DNA of 64,000 nucleotides from Tubulanus polymorphus (lineage: Eukaryota > Animalia > Nemertea), in contig NC_134026.1 of the NCBI RefSeq assembly GCF_964204645.1, forward strand, positions 8,579,950-8,643,949. The letters run 5' to 3'. The notes beneath the pieces were generated by a model. It searched no databases, had not been told where the DNA came from, and saw only the letters and a program-made list of their open reading frames with translations. The number at the start of each line of letters is the position of its first letter. Within the stretch, counting starts at the first letter, position 1. Position numbers and translations under genes: made by a program. This document shows positions 14,801 to 26,600 of the stretch, piece by piece.

Positions 14801-16761
14801 CTTTCAGATTATCATAGAATCCGCGAAGAAGCTTTGGACCACTTTTTCTGTAAGATGATTCAATTAACTAAAACTGATATAAGGGCTTCAAATGTGAACG
14901 CCAAGGGGCGATTAGCTTTTTATTGTAAAATTGGAGTTATGGTTTATTCCACACAGCACAATCTGCGAGCTTGGGACACTTTTTCCTGATATTATTTTTA
15001 AATGGGGGGATTGGCCTTTCTCAAGTTTGCCACCGTATTCAATTGATTTGAATCCGTAAAACCTTCTCTTCCGCTTCTGGAGGAAACAGAAAAGAAAACA
15101 TTCTAGAATAAAGTTACATTGGTGATGATTAGGAATCTAAAATTCGGTACCGCTCTCATTTAAAGGCGTATGTTACTTTCATCCATTGCCAACTACTGCC
15201 TGTTATGAGATAGCATTAGGAAGAATGATCGTGACGGCAAACTAACATGTTGATTTTTTACCTGGCAGAAACCCTGGATACTTCGAAGAGGGATGGATTG
15301 AAGGGATTGCATGCGGACACTTTCACATACTTCACTTAAATGTCATCGTATCAATATCTAAGCAATAAACACGGTCTGAATTTGCTAATTGGGTCACCGC
15401 CTGGTTTAAAAGCGGTGATCCGCGCTGAACTGGAACTGGAACTGACCAAAATAAGCAGCTGTCCATACGAAATTGAAACATATCTTTACATAAAAATGGT
15501 CCGTTCATATGCCAGTTTTAAGAATGGACAAATTTTGTTCCTTCTATCGTAAAGTGGAAATATAACTGGAGGGATCATAGTAAATGTGTGGTGTCCATAT
15601 AAAAGGACCATGCTTGGCATAAAGATAGCTATCACTCTGCAGCCTTTAACCACCTGAGGCATTCACCGTTGTATTTGGAAGTCTGGACGTGGACCATTCG
15701 TTGGACAAAGTCTCGGATACATGTACGCATTGTTCCCACAGAACAGGGAAATTGGGAAAAACTTGGAAATATTGAAATGATAATTCCCGGTTTGGAAATA
15801 TTTGGGAATTTCAAAACATTTTCCTAAAATCAGGGAAATATTCGGGAAATTCATTAATGTGTCACGTATTGCATTTGCCGAGGGCAACTTTCTTCAGCTA
15901 TTTCCTTTGAAAATCACCTTTATCAACCAGTCACCAGTAAAATGTTGACTGTAGCATGATGGTTTCTGTTCATTGCCATTTGGCAAAATAGAAAAATCAC
16001 CCATGAAATATTTGGGAAAAACCTGGGAATTTTCAATTCATGTAACTGTGGGAACCATGTGTTCAGTAGACTGCCTATAATCGAAGCGCCAGGCCAGGAC
16101 AGGCAAAATGTTAACGGCATTGACAAATACCTGTTTTTCACATTGACTTAAAGAAATTATTTCGTTACTCTAACGGTTTGAACGGATTACCGAATAGACC
16201 GTTACAGCCATTACAAGGGTAAAGTCTACTGTACCGGTACTTATGAAAAAAAACTCAAAGGAATGGTGATAGCGTCTGAAAGGGGTGGGTCCAGGCTGCA
16301 GACTGATGCCTACATAAGAATGCAGTACAACCACAGCTATAAAGTAATCTAAATCTGTTATTTACAAACCTTTCGCAACTTAGTTATCAGCTTGGTAATA
16401 ACTGCGATGAGACAAGTAGTACTATATAGGTTAACTGTTTTATTTGTCGCACAAGCTTTCGCTACTAATGTATAGTAGCTTCATCACTCATTCACCTGAT
16501 GAAGCTTCTTCAGATTAGTAGCGAAAGCTCGTGCGTCAAATAAAATAGTTAACCTATATAGTACTACTCGTCTTGTTGTATTTATTCCACTCCCGGTTAA
16601 CACAGCTCCTCTACGCATCTTGTTAATAAACGTGTTAAAGTATTGATTTTTCTCTCGTTTCAGCCCCACCCGGTTCGCCGCAGCAAGAAGACGAGCAGTT
16701 TCTTTCAAAAGTATTTCTCTGGATAGCTATACTTTTCATCGTGTGGCTGTTAATCGCGTGA
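8839..16761 (+). CDS. RNF185: E3 ubiquitin-protein ligase of the RNF185/RNF5 family (RING-HC, C-terminal membrane anchor), 200 aa, 5 exons
   Basis: join(8839..9038,10698..10829,10920..10974,12088..12205,16664..16761) = 603 nt, all GT-AG and phase-consistent. Translation includes [92 protein letters not shown] and the terminal [24 protein letters not shown], all hallmark RNF5/RNF185 motifs. Probably co-orthologous to both vertebrate paralogues. Confidence 0.96.
11581..11908 (-). mobile_element. tRNA-derived SINE with CORE-like central domain and L2-like 3' tail, in RNF185 intron 3
   Basis: Minus strand: A-box-like TGGGCGAGTGGTTAGAGC, B-box-like GGTTTGAACTCC, central GTGTCCCTGGGCGAGACACT...CTCCACCCAGGTGTAAATGGGTAC, and tail GTAAAGCGCTTTGAG...CTATATAAG...(ATT)n. 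Confidence 0.8.
12839..12953. mobile_element. Short palindromic MITE flanked by a CTG duplication (PIF/Harbinger-like)
   Basis: CTG-GACCCAGTTCCACAGTT...AACTGTGGAACTCGACC-CTG; near-identical to the copies at 19509 and 49261. Confidence 0.75.
13538..13663. mobile_element. Tc1/mariner-like MITE (related elements at about 17173-17557 and 63190-63331)
   Basis: TA-CAGTAAACCTTGCCT...AGGCGAGGTTAACTG imperfect TIR. Confidence 0.55.
14196..14375. mobile_element. Tc1/mariner (pogo/Tigger-like) MITE, uninterrupted copy
   Basis: TA-CAGTAGAC...GTGTACTG-TA; reverse-orientation homologue of 45131..45591. Confidence 0.7.
16397..16585. repeat. Long inverted repeat made of two tail-to-tail Penelope-type hammerhead-like units
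   Basis: Arms GACAAGTAGTACTATATAGGTTAACT...AGCTTTCGCTACTAAT...GCTTCATCA and TGATGAAGC...ATTAGTAGCGAAAGCT...AGTTAACCTATATAGTACTACTCGTC; a related, centre-deleted copy lies at about 13948-14114. Confidence 0.75.
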
Positions 16762-18223
16762 TGAGACGCCTTCGAAATCATAATAGTAGTTATCGGAAAC
16801 GTAGAATTAGTGACACGAAACGGAACAGAAGTCGTCTTCGAAATATGCAATAGTGGTGAATGTTGATCTTCTGAACCTAAGCGTGCGGGAATGATGAATT
16901 TTATATCAACACAAAATGAACGTACGCAGTCAACCCCCAATAAACTGCCAACTCCGCCTAACGCCACAGACTTATTCCGAGAATGCGACGTCCGTATTTT
17001 GTCGCGGGAACTCCTGACATACCGCCAAAAGCAAAGGGTTGACTGTGCATTCAAAAAACATTATAGGTGTTCACTTTTCACCTTGTTATCTGCTAACTTC
17101 ACTGAAAAAACAAATGAATCTGACAAATAATATCGGCCTTATTGAATATGTCAGAAGCGTGCAGTGGTAGCTACAGTAAACTTCACCTTACTCGGTAGCG
17201 TTGGGACTGAATTAATTTTCTTAACTTTTTTCGAGGTCTTGCACTCGACATCGTGGTCTGTTTGTCGCCAGTGCTGGAGGCTAGCCATACATAATGACGA
17301 TAGATGACCAGAGGACTTAGTTCGAGGGTCTATGACATCAATCTCTTATGTTTGTCAAACAGGGGCAAGATGGTCAAAAAATGTTTAGATTTAACTAGGG
17401 CAACTGTCCTCTGTATGGCGTAGTTGCGTCAGAAAAATAACATGGCTGCAAGACCTTTAGTGTATCTGAAAATTGACAGTGTTTCCAAAAATGTGTAAGT
17501 AGGATTCACTGATTTAGCAGTATTCCCTGTTGAACGAGTAAGGGCGATACTACTGTGTACATAGATTAACATATACGACCTCACGATACGGATTGTATGA
17601 TATTGATTGATTAATTAATTTATTACGAAATGATATTTTATTTTGTACATAAAAAACGAAATATAGATGTTTATTGATTGTTGTTTATCACATGTTAAAA
17701 CGATTAACGTCTAATTTTGGGTTATTGAAATGTTCGGTTTGTTTTGCTGGCATATAGAGTGCAGTTGCGCTGCGTGTTGCAGATGGGTTATTGGTATCTG
17801 AACTGGTTAACCCTATCGCCCGATATAGCATGAAAAATAAGGCCCAACTGGTGTTGGTATAACTACATGTCACGAACTATACTATTCGAAACTTATATTA
17901 TACTATACTAAACTGTTGTTGAATCCTACCCGGTAGTTGCTCGTTGAATTCGTAATTATCAGGGTTATCTATTGTTTTCACCGATGAGCTGATTTACCTC
18001 TGGTCGTTGGGAGCAAAGTACTCCAGAAATAGACCAGACACGTTTGTTTTAATGGGTTTTCCTCTTGCAGAATGTTGCTAATGAGAATATGATCTGTTGG
18101 ACAGTCATACTACTCGGAGCGGTTAGAATTCTGCATTTCCCTGAGCCAAGTTTATGGGTCCTGGTATTTGGCAGAGATTTTGGGGACCAACCATTTCGGG
18201 GCCCGTAACGGATTAAAGTAGTA

Positions 18224-18384
18224 TCAGTGGAACCTCGTTACAACAAACTCGGATACAACAATTCATCGGATATCACAAATATAGAATTAAGGAAGAAAAT
18301 TTCATACTGGATGTAACGAACTATCGGTTATAACGAACATATTTTTTGGTCCCATGAAGTTCGCTGTAACGAGGTTCCACTGTA
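18224..18384. mobile_element. Tc1/mariner-like MITE
   Basis: Perfect TIR CAGTGGAACCTCGTTA...TAACGAGGTTCCACTG followed by TA. Confidence 0.75.
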
Positions 18385-18775
18385 ATATTATAATGTGTGT
18401 AATAGATTGAGTGGCAAAATTGTAGATTGCATTACTCATTTCTTTAGGTGTCACTAAATAGGGTTAAAGACAGGTGAAGCATAGCACTCGCAGCAAGACG
18501 TACACGAAATAGAAATGCTTTTCCGACTTAGTTTTGTGAGTCGGGGTTGCTTTAAAATACGAAAAATTGAAAACCTTCTCGGCGAAACCAACGTACTAAT
18601 GCAAAACGCTTGTATGGATTGCTGTGCATGACAGTCTGAGTAGCTAATCAAGACACACCTACGCAATAACCAATCAGTGTCGATGAGCAAGTCACATGGC
18701 TTATCAAAATCACTGCAATTTTGATATGTGATACAATTACTACTCTTTATCATTCTTGTGGTTCTGAAGGTTTGT

Positions 18776-19046
18776 TTAAGCCAATTCAGTGCTGACTGAT
18801 TGATATCCGAAAGAGCTAGAGATAATTTGAAAATGTTTAGAAATTCCAACTCAATGCGTTGCATTGCGGAAATGCGGCTTTAGTGCATCTACACCACATC
18901 ACGGTTTGTGACATTTCGCTGTTTGACACTCAGCCATTTTTTAATACAGATGACTATTAATAACATCAATACACCGCGATGCGGTGTGCCAGCAAAATTA
19001 CTGATATATACACCCCACTGTGGTGTAGATGCACTGAAAGGGCTTA
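18776..19046. mobile_element. Diverged copy of the same piggyBac-like MITE family
   Basis: TTCAGTGCTGACT...GTAGATGCACTGAAAGGG with internal TACACC..GGTGTA palindromes; termini degenerate. Confidence 0.65.
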
Positions 19047-19508
19047 TATTTCTTGTTTCCCCGTGTTCAATAATAGCACTTGAACCAAATCAAACACATT
19101 CATATTAATCTGCTTACTTTATGCTGTGTGCACTAGGGGTTATATTTTGAGATTAAGTCAGCTCCCGATGATCTACCAGTGTTAGAACCAATTGGGTTGT
19201 TGGCAGATACCACAATCAAGGGTGGTGAATACCGATCACTGGTCTGGACATCATTTTGATTGTAGATGAAATAAAATGTAATTTTGGCAGGAAAATTGAA
19301 GGTAGGGGATAATCAAGCGGGTTGGTTGACTTAACAGCAATTGCATATTTAATGAGAGACATATAATGATAGAATGATGCAGAAAGCATCTCGGATTTAC
19401 AAAGGGGTCTGCCAGCCCAACTGGTATACAGTATTATACTGAGGTCATATTGTAATGCTATCATGTAATTTCTAGTCCATGAAATACTAGTGTACATACA
19501 GTAGACTT

Positions 19509-19623
19509 CAGGATCCAGTTCCACAGTCATGGGTTAGAGTTAACTCTTGAGTTGAAATTAGTTCATTTCCGATGAGTTAACCTTGAGTCAAATCTTAACT
19601 CACAACTGTGGAACTGGATCCAG
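19509..19623. mobile_element. Short palindromic MITE flanked by a CAG duplication
   Basis: CAG-GATCCAGTTCCACAGT...ACTGTGGAACTGGATC-CAG. Confidence 0.75.
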
Positions 19624-20371
19624 ATATCACTCGTGTCAGATACATTTCATAGTCCAACTTGAGCGCAGTCCACCTATGATATTTTGCCAGTAAAACTTCA
19701 TACAATGTGTATTGGTTTTTAATTGCAATATAAAATTTGAAATCTTAAGGGACAATCTTCTGTATGCATCATTCACATGCCTCAAAATCAATATTCTCAT
19801 TTAGACTTGAGGCCATTTTGCAGTTGATTATTGTATTCATGGATACAGTACACAGGGTCATAATTGTAAAAGACTAGGATAAAGGATAACGCATGTTGGT
19901 GATCCATTTCCATCAGTGTAGGCTCAAACATTATCTTTAAATTTTAATTTGTGAACTGAACATATTATAGGCATTTAAATAATAAAATGATTTTTCATAA
20001 AAGAAACTGTCTACTCGTGTATGGATTGGTTGTCTGTATCATCCCACGCTCTTATAGTTCGTTTCTTGGTGTATCTTTAAAAGTGATAACACAAATTGTA
20101 ATATCGGAACATTTCTTAGATCTTGCAATTGTATGCAACAGTCAACTCTTGGTTATCTGCCACTATTGGGAACACCGTGATTTTTTGGCAGATACGGCAA
20201 TCAAGGGAAATTTCTATTTTGCCCCCAAAATTAACTCGAAACGTATATATGTAATATGTAACTGTTTTCTATAAACACATGAATTGTCTTATTGAAGTAG
20301 TGAGAAGTTTGTTTTATCATTTGAAATATTCATCAATTATGCTGTGACAAAGAGTTTAAAAATAGTAGTCT

Positions 20372-20562
20372 CTGTAAGTCTGACATAGATATTCACATAT
20401 GGACAACATCTAGAGGTGATGGACATCGGTTATTTGTATGGTATGTACCTGAGAGGGTCAGAAAATCCTGTAATCTGACATAGATATTCACATGAGGACA
20501 GAATCTAGAGGTGATGGACATCGGTTATTTGCATGGTATGTACCTGAGAGGGTCAGAAAATC
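20372..20562. repeat. Tandem duplication, 2 x about 96 bp
   Basis: CTGTAA(G)TCTGACATAGATATTCAC...TACCTGAGAGGGTCAGAAAATC at 20372 and 20468, with few differences. Confidence 0.9.
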
Positions 20563-22783
20563 GGCAGATTTCAAGGTAGATACAAACGCTCCCATGGGGC
20601 GATGGATTCTAGGCTTTAGATTGGCACTATCCTGCATTCATGAGTTGAGCATGAAGTACATGTCGCTGATCACAAGTACAGTAACATCCAAACATCCAAT
20701 AAGGGGCTGTCCATAAAAGATGCCCGAGGTTTTGAACTTTGGACTTTTGTGGACAAAGGGAGGGAGGTTGTTTGGATGTGGACGTCCATCTCCTTCCTGC
20801 TTATTCACCGATTCCTGTGAGCCAGAACATACCATTTGGTGCATTACATGGATGATTACTTCTTTGGGGAGGGGTTCAGTGCAGTGTGGACATTCTGTAG
20901 ACGTGGGGGGTCAAAATTTTGCAATTGTATGTGGACATCTTTTATGGACAGCCCCTAACTGCATCAGACTCGATATCAAGCGGTCCCATGGTTTTACTTC
21001 TAATTCCACTAAAGCTAGGGGCACAAGCATATTTTTCCGGCCGATCACAGCAAATTAATAAATTGCTTGAAAATTGGCTGTTCGCTGAAAATACGCCTGT
21101 GTGCCCCTAGCTTAATGTCACCATATGTGTTATGAAAGGGAGGCAAGCATTAGTTCTGATTGGGATTCCTCTCACTTCACAAGAACTTACTGAATAATTC
21201 ATAAATTATTCATGACATACTTTTATTTTATGAAAAAAAAATTTAACAAAACTTCACATTGCACGATATGCAATTAATAGTAGCTAAAACGTACAATTCT
21301 CACTTGCACAACAAAACTAGAAGAGTCAACAATTAATTATTAAATCATTTTCATTTAACCGATGAGACAAAAAATATGATCTTGACGAACTGTCCAAGTT
21401 TGGAAAGATACTGGATACCAGAAAAATTATGTATTGAATGCAGTGGTGATAAAGCTACGTATGCTTACATGAGTTTTAATATAGACTTTAGCCTTCAACT
21501 TGAAGGTTGTAGCTTAACGCATTATTTTAATTTAACGATAAATTAATGCTTCCAAGCAGCTTTGACCTTGGATACCTAACCTGGTATACTTCGGATACAC
21601 CAAATTATACTGAAGTTAGTCATTTTTGAGTTCATGGTCTTTTCATATAGAAAAGTCATAGGAGGCTTTAGAATTAATTGTACATCAGTAAATCATTTAA
21701 AATTTCGGGGCAGAATGATGCCTATTAGCGTTACCAATACTAGCTAAAAGCCATCAACAAGTCTTATACTCATCCCGGGAAATAACCAGGCGATCTTTGA
21801 TTTGATTCATCACATGTGACCACAAAAAATTTCCATTCTACCGGTTGCTTGCCAGTGGGGCGATAAAAACTGCCAGTTTTGGGGACTAGTCCCAAGTTAA
21901 ATTGTGATTGAATAACTATTTTGACATGAGAACGTAGTTAGTAGTCCCACAAGTATGTGAAACTTGGCCATGATTGCCATTTCGCTGAACATAATTATGA
22001 CTAGTGGCTAATGACGGACGAGTACATAGCTGAAGTTATTAGACATGTGCGCAGCCAGTATCACTCTGTAAGCAGCCCCTTCACCATTGTAAAAATTTTG
22101 GACAATCATCATTTTCAACGTCTCGGGTCAGTTACATTTAAAACCATCTCAGCTCCATAGCCAATGTAACAAGTTAAGACTAGTCTTAAAATATAAGACC
22201 ACTTGATCTTGTCACGACCGTGCAACTGGGCCGTGGTGTTTTAGATCACTTTCTAGTCCAACTGAAAATGTCTCTCAAGTGAAGTGCTGAACGCGATTGG
22301 ATGAATGATGATAAAGCGCTGTATGTTGGCAGGTCGAGGCTACCCGATCGCTGCTTAAGCTCTAACCTGTACGTACGCGGCTACGGTATACTATCTCAAA
22401 AATACGGTCAACAAAACGCTACAACAACACTGAATCCTGTACATGCATTTCACTTATTCTATATACAAAATTTACAACATCACAAATCTTAATGGTAATA
22501 AATAATTTATACACATATGTATAGTTCACACGTTCGAGTTCATTTAGTTTTTAGCGTTCCACTTTGTTTCAGAAGTTTTTTTTCGCAATCGATGATTACT
22601 ATATCGCAATTATTGATCTTCAATGTTCCATTCATACGGCATTTGAAAAGTTCAATACAACAAACCTTAGTTAACTCAAAGCTCAGTAGTGCACTTCATT
22701 TTGCATATTTTTCTTACTTTCCATAAACCTTCAGTTGCTAAAAGCAATCTGCAAGTTCAAGAAACCCTTTTCATGTATTCCTA

Positions 22784-23101
22784 CATCCTCTCCCTGCCAG
22801 GAATTCGAACCTGATGGCATCGAAACTTGCCACGGTATGAAACCCTGCCACCCTAGACCGAGAGTGCGCAGCTTAGAAGACATCATTATCAGCCAATTGG
22901 AAATCCCATTTTATTCAGGCCTGGGTTTCTTCCAGTAAAAGTTTATCTGTGAAATATGCCTCAACAATTATACAACGGGCAATGTGATTGGTGTTGCAAG
23001 TTTTCTTGTGGCAAGCCTACGCACCCGGCCTAGTGTGGCAGGGTTTCAGCCGTGGCCGAGTCTAGCTATGCCATCAGGTTTGTATCCCTGCCCTGAGGAT
23101 G
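22784..23101. mobile_element. About 310 bp TIR element whose arms contain Pol III B-box-like sequence, copy 1
   Basis: CATCCTC...GAGGATG termini with long imperfect inverted arms; homologous in reverse orientation to 28133..28435. Confidence 0.7.
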
Positions 23102-23623
23102 GTATTCCTTGGGTAAGAATTGGTGTGCTTTTTTTAACCATTTTTGTAGTGGTACAAAGTATGTTATCTGCTACCAACTATATTTAACTTAGTCAGAAAT
23201 GGAGAAACAGTCAATATCGATGTCCCATTTCATAAATATCACAAAAAGCTCCATTACAGAGAGTTTACTGCCATCCAGAGTCAGATGCAATTCTACTCCG
23301 TTTAATCAATTTTCCTGGATAATCTACATTGCTGTAAGTACCTACATCTTAAAATTTCACAATTATAAATTAGTAATTCTTCAAAGCTTTCGCAACTGCT
23401 CTCTACGATGCTACAAAGCTAAGCGCCATCCTTAACACACCATCCCATCTGAGTTAAACTAGGTTTACCGCATTACTTAATAAATCTTTCGCCATATCCG
23501 ACGAGTTCGCGACATAAACCGGGACTAAGAAACACACGACGAAAACGGTATATAACGAATACCAGCGACAAAACTTCTGCCGATTGCTACGATACCGTTT
23601 CAGATCTTAACGACTAACTGGCG

Positions 23624-26600
23624 TTACGACGCCGCCATCGCCTGCTCGGGGGTCAACGGCGGCGGCAGACGGTCCTCGTCCGGATTCGACAACGAGTCGA
23701 GGTCGACTTTCACTTTTCGTTGTTTGACGACGAGCGGCGTACGCGCGATCACGCTCTTGATCTCCGCTTTGAAGCTTCCCTTGAACTCTTTCATGTCCTG
23801 TTGCAGTTGCAACGCCTCGGCCATCAGTTTCTCGTGGCGTTGTTGCAATTCGGCTAGCGTGTTCAGATTCTGGTACATCAGTCGCAGTCCCTCGCACAGG
23901 TAGTTGTCGGAGTTCTGTGGCGCTGCCTCGCCTGACATGTAACGATCGAAGTCCTGTTGAGACATGCTGAGCGACTCGGCGTTTAAATTACCTATGAACG
24001 TAACGGCGCAACACTAGAAAATAAACCAACAAATCACGTATTTTAATTTTTTTCAGTAACATTTCCATTGAAATATGAAAGAAAATTTTCAAATTAATCA
24101 GTAATCAACCGTACGACCCTCAGTAACAACGAGATTCTAACAGCCAAGGATCATGTGTTGATATTGACACAATCCTAGCCATCACATTCAGTCTGCTCAA
24201 ATCCTACTGGAAAGACTACTGTCAGGTGACAACAGGCTGAGTGGCATCAATGACTATGTAGAAGACATCTCCCAAAGCAATGAATTATAATAACTCTCAG
24301 GTACATGCTCTAACCATTGATTTTGTGCATAGTTGGGGTATATGCACATGTCAGGGCATAACTTTTTACATTGGCCCCGATTATCTGTTCATATGCGGTA
24401 TGACAATCAATCGAACAGGGTGGCCACTTATCCCCCCTGATTTTTCATATACGTTAAAATTATACAAAATTCCCCAAGAAATTTCTAGGTTTAAAATGTT
24501 ACAATTCATTCATTTTTCATTGAATCGCATATTGATAAAACACGTGGTCAATAATGTTATCCGAATTGCCCAAACTTTCCAGGTTTTTGGTAAAATTAGT
24601 CTAATTCCCTGCGTTTTCCCAGATATTTTTCTAGATTTTTCCGATTCCCCGAGTTTTCCAGGTTTTCCAGGTCAGTCAGAGGCCACCATGTTCCAAAAAA
24701 GTCCCCAAAAAAGAATCGGATGGATTTCAATACTTACTAGATTCGTGAAGTAGTAGCCGGCCTCGCCGCTCATCAGCCGTTTCGGATTCGCGAATCGAGT
24801 GATATACTGAATATTAGACTGTAACAACGGAGGATTCGCCTTCAGCACGATGTAAATCAGAGCCGGTAGGAAATCGTCGGCGCTCGCCGGCTCCTCCGTC
24901 GACATACGCAGTATCTCGAATATATGCTTACTGCAGCGTACTATACACGCGAGTTTATCTTGCGGCGCTCGCTTCGAATCCATTTCGATGATATCTGAAA
25001 CGAGAATTTGCGACAACCATTCGTAAACATGTCATTATAATCGCACCATTCAGTTTCCGTTACTTTTCTCTGAACTTTGTGCTGGCAGGTTCATAGTTCC
25101 CAACAAGCAATTTCATTAAAGGGACTTTCAAGAAATATTTTGTTTCTGATTCAAAGACTTTCTCGATTTCAGGCGCAAGTTGCTCTAAAGTCAACCAGTG
25201 GATAGATGACAAAGTGACAATCAAAAGTTCATTGTTACTATGGTATTTATCCGCCAGTTATGTTAAGAGAATTTTTTAGCAACTGGCCCCAGGGTCCAGT
25301 TTCGTGAAAAAGTTAAACTCCAATTTTTTATGTAATTGCTATTGGTTACTTCATTTTTTCAATGTGTTCAACAATTCAAATCTAACTGTTTTAAGCTTAA
25401 ACTGGTTTTGTGAAACTGGGTCCTGCGCTGTTTTATAGTTCATGTAAATTTCCAATTTACATCGGGACCATCCACCAGACCAGCGTACTAGTAGACCCAA
25501 CAATACCATGATCTGATTTTTTGTACATCATAGCTGATATGTGACCAAAAGCCATTCAAGGGCTGCGACAATGATTTAAAGATTTTAGAGCATATTCTAT
25601 GATATTCAAAGACCACCATGAACCAAGCACTGGTTATTTTTTCGCATACATGAAGTAACCAATAGGGATAATAAAATCAAATCGTGATAAAATCAAATAT
25701 TTGAGGTTAACTTTTTCTGGAATTCGGGACCCGAGCCAACTACTTCAATACGTCAATACATTATTTTCATAGATTTACGTTGATAAGAGCGGCATTGTTT
25801 TATTACATTTCAGCAATTATCATTATTATCGAATTTGTGGTGTCCACGTGAGCTTTCGATATCATCGCATCGATGGATGATAAACTTTTTATAACAAAAC
25901 AATTTTACCCGGACGGAATGCAGCGCCTGCGCTACTGGTGAACCAACTCTACTCCAGTTGTACCAGTTGCAAAACAATTCCATGTAAATAATGCATCAAT
26001 CTAGTTACATACTCGAAGGAAATGTCTTATATAGACACCCATGACACTGAGGTTATCATTGTACTGAAGAGATATGACTGATACCGATAACCACAATTTA
26101 AGTATTACCGGGCATTCAAACAATACAACGCAAGCAATAAAACCTACCCAGTTTGTGGCATTTGAACTCGATAAGAAACATACTTACCGGACGAAAATAG
26201 TAAACGTAAACTTTAACCGAAGTCAAGTAGACTTTTAATCGAGAAGCTACTTAAATGCATATATAAATGCATATATAGGCCCACGCACATGCATAAGCCT
26301 TTACGTATACATTGTTATTATTGTTTTTACACTGGCTGATGGTAACCCCAGGGGTACGGCCAAACTCAAGTTGACTTAACCCTTTCAGCGCCTCTACACC
26401 GCAGTGCCATGTATACATCGGTGATGGATTTTGCTAGTACACCGCACTGCGGTGTATTGATGTAATTCATAATAAGTTATTATCTCTATCGAAAAATGGC
26501 AGCACCTGTCAAACATAGTGAAATATTAGTAACTAACGATACACTGCGCCGCGGTGTAGACGCATTATAGTGGTATTCCCGTTATTCATCATACTAGGGT

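Noticed and set aside
16635-17130. 139-aa minus-strand and 79-aa plus-strand ORFs
   Set aside because: They are antisense to, or lie in the 3'UTR of, the last RNF185 exon; no independent coding evidence.
24280-24753. 157-aa + strand ORF
   Set aside because: It lies antisense in a RABGEF1 intron and overlaps a CAGGG-ended repeat; no recognisable protein features.
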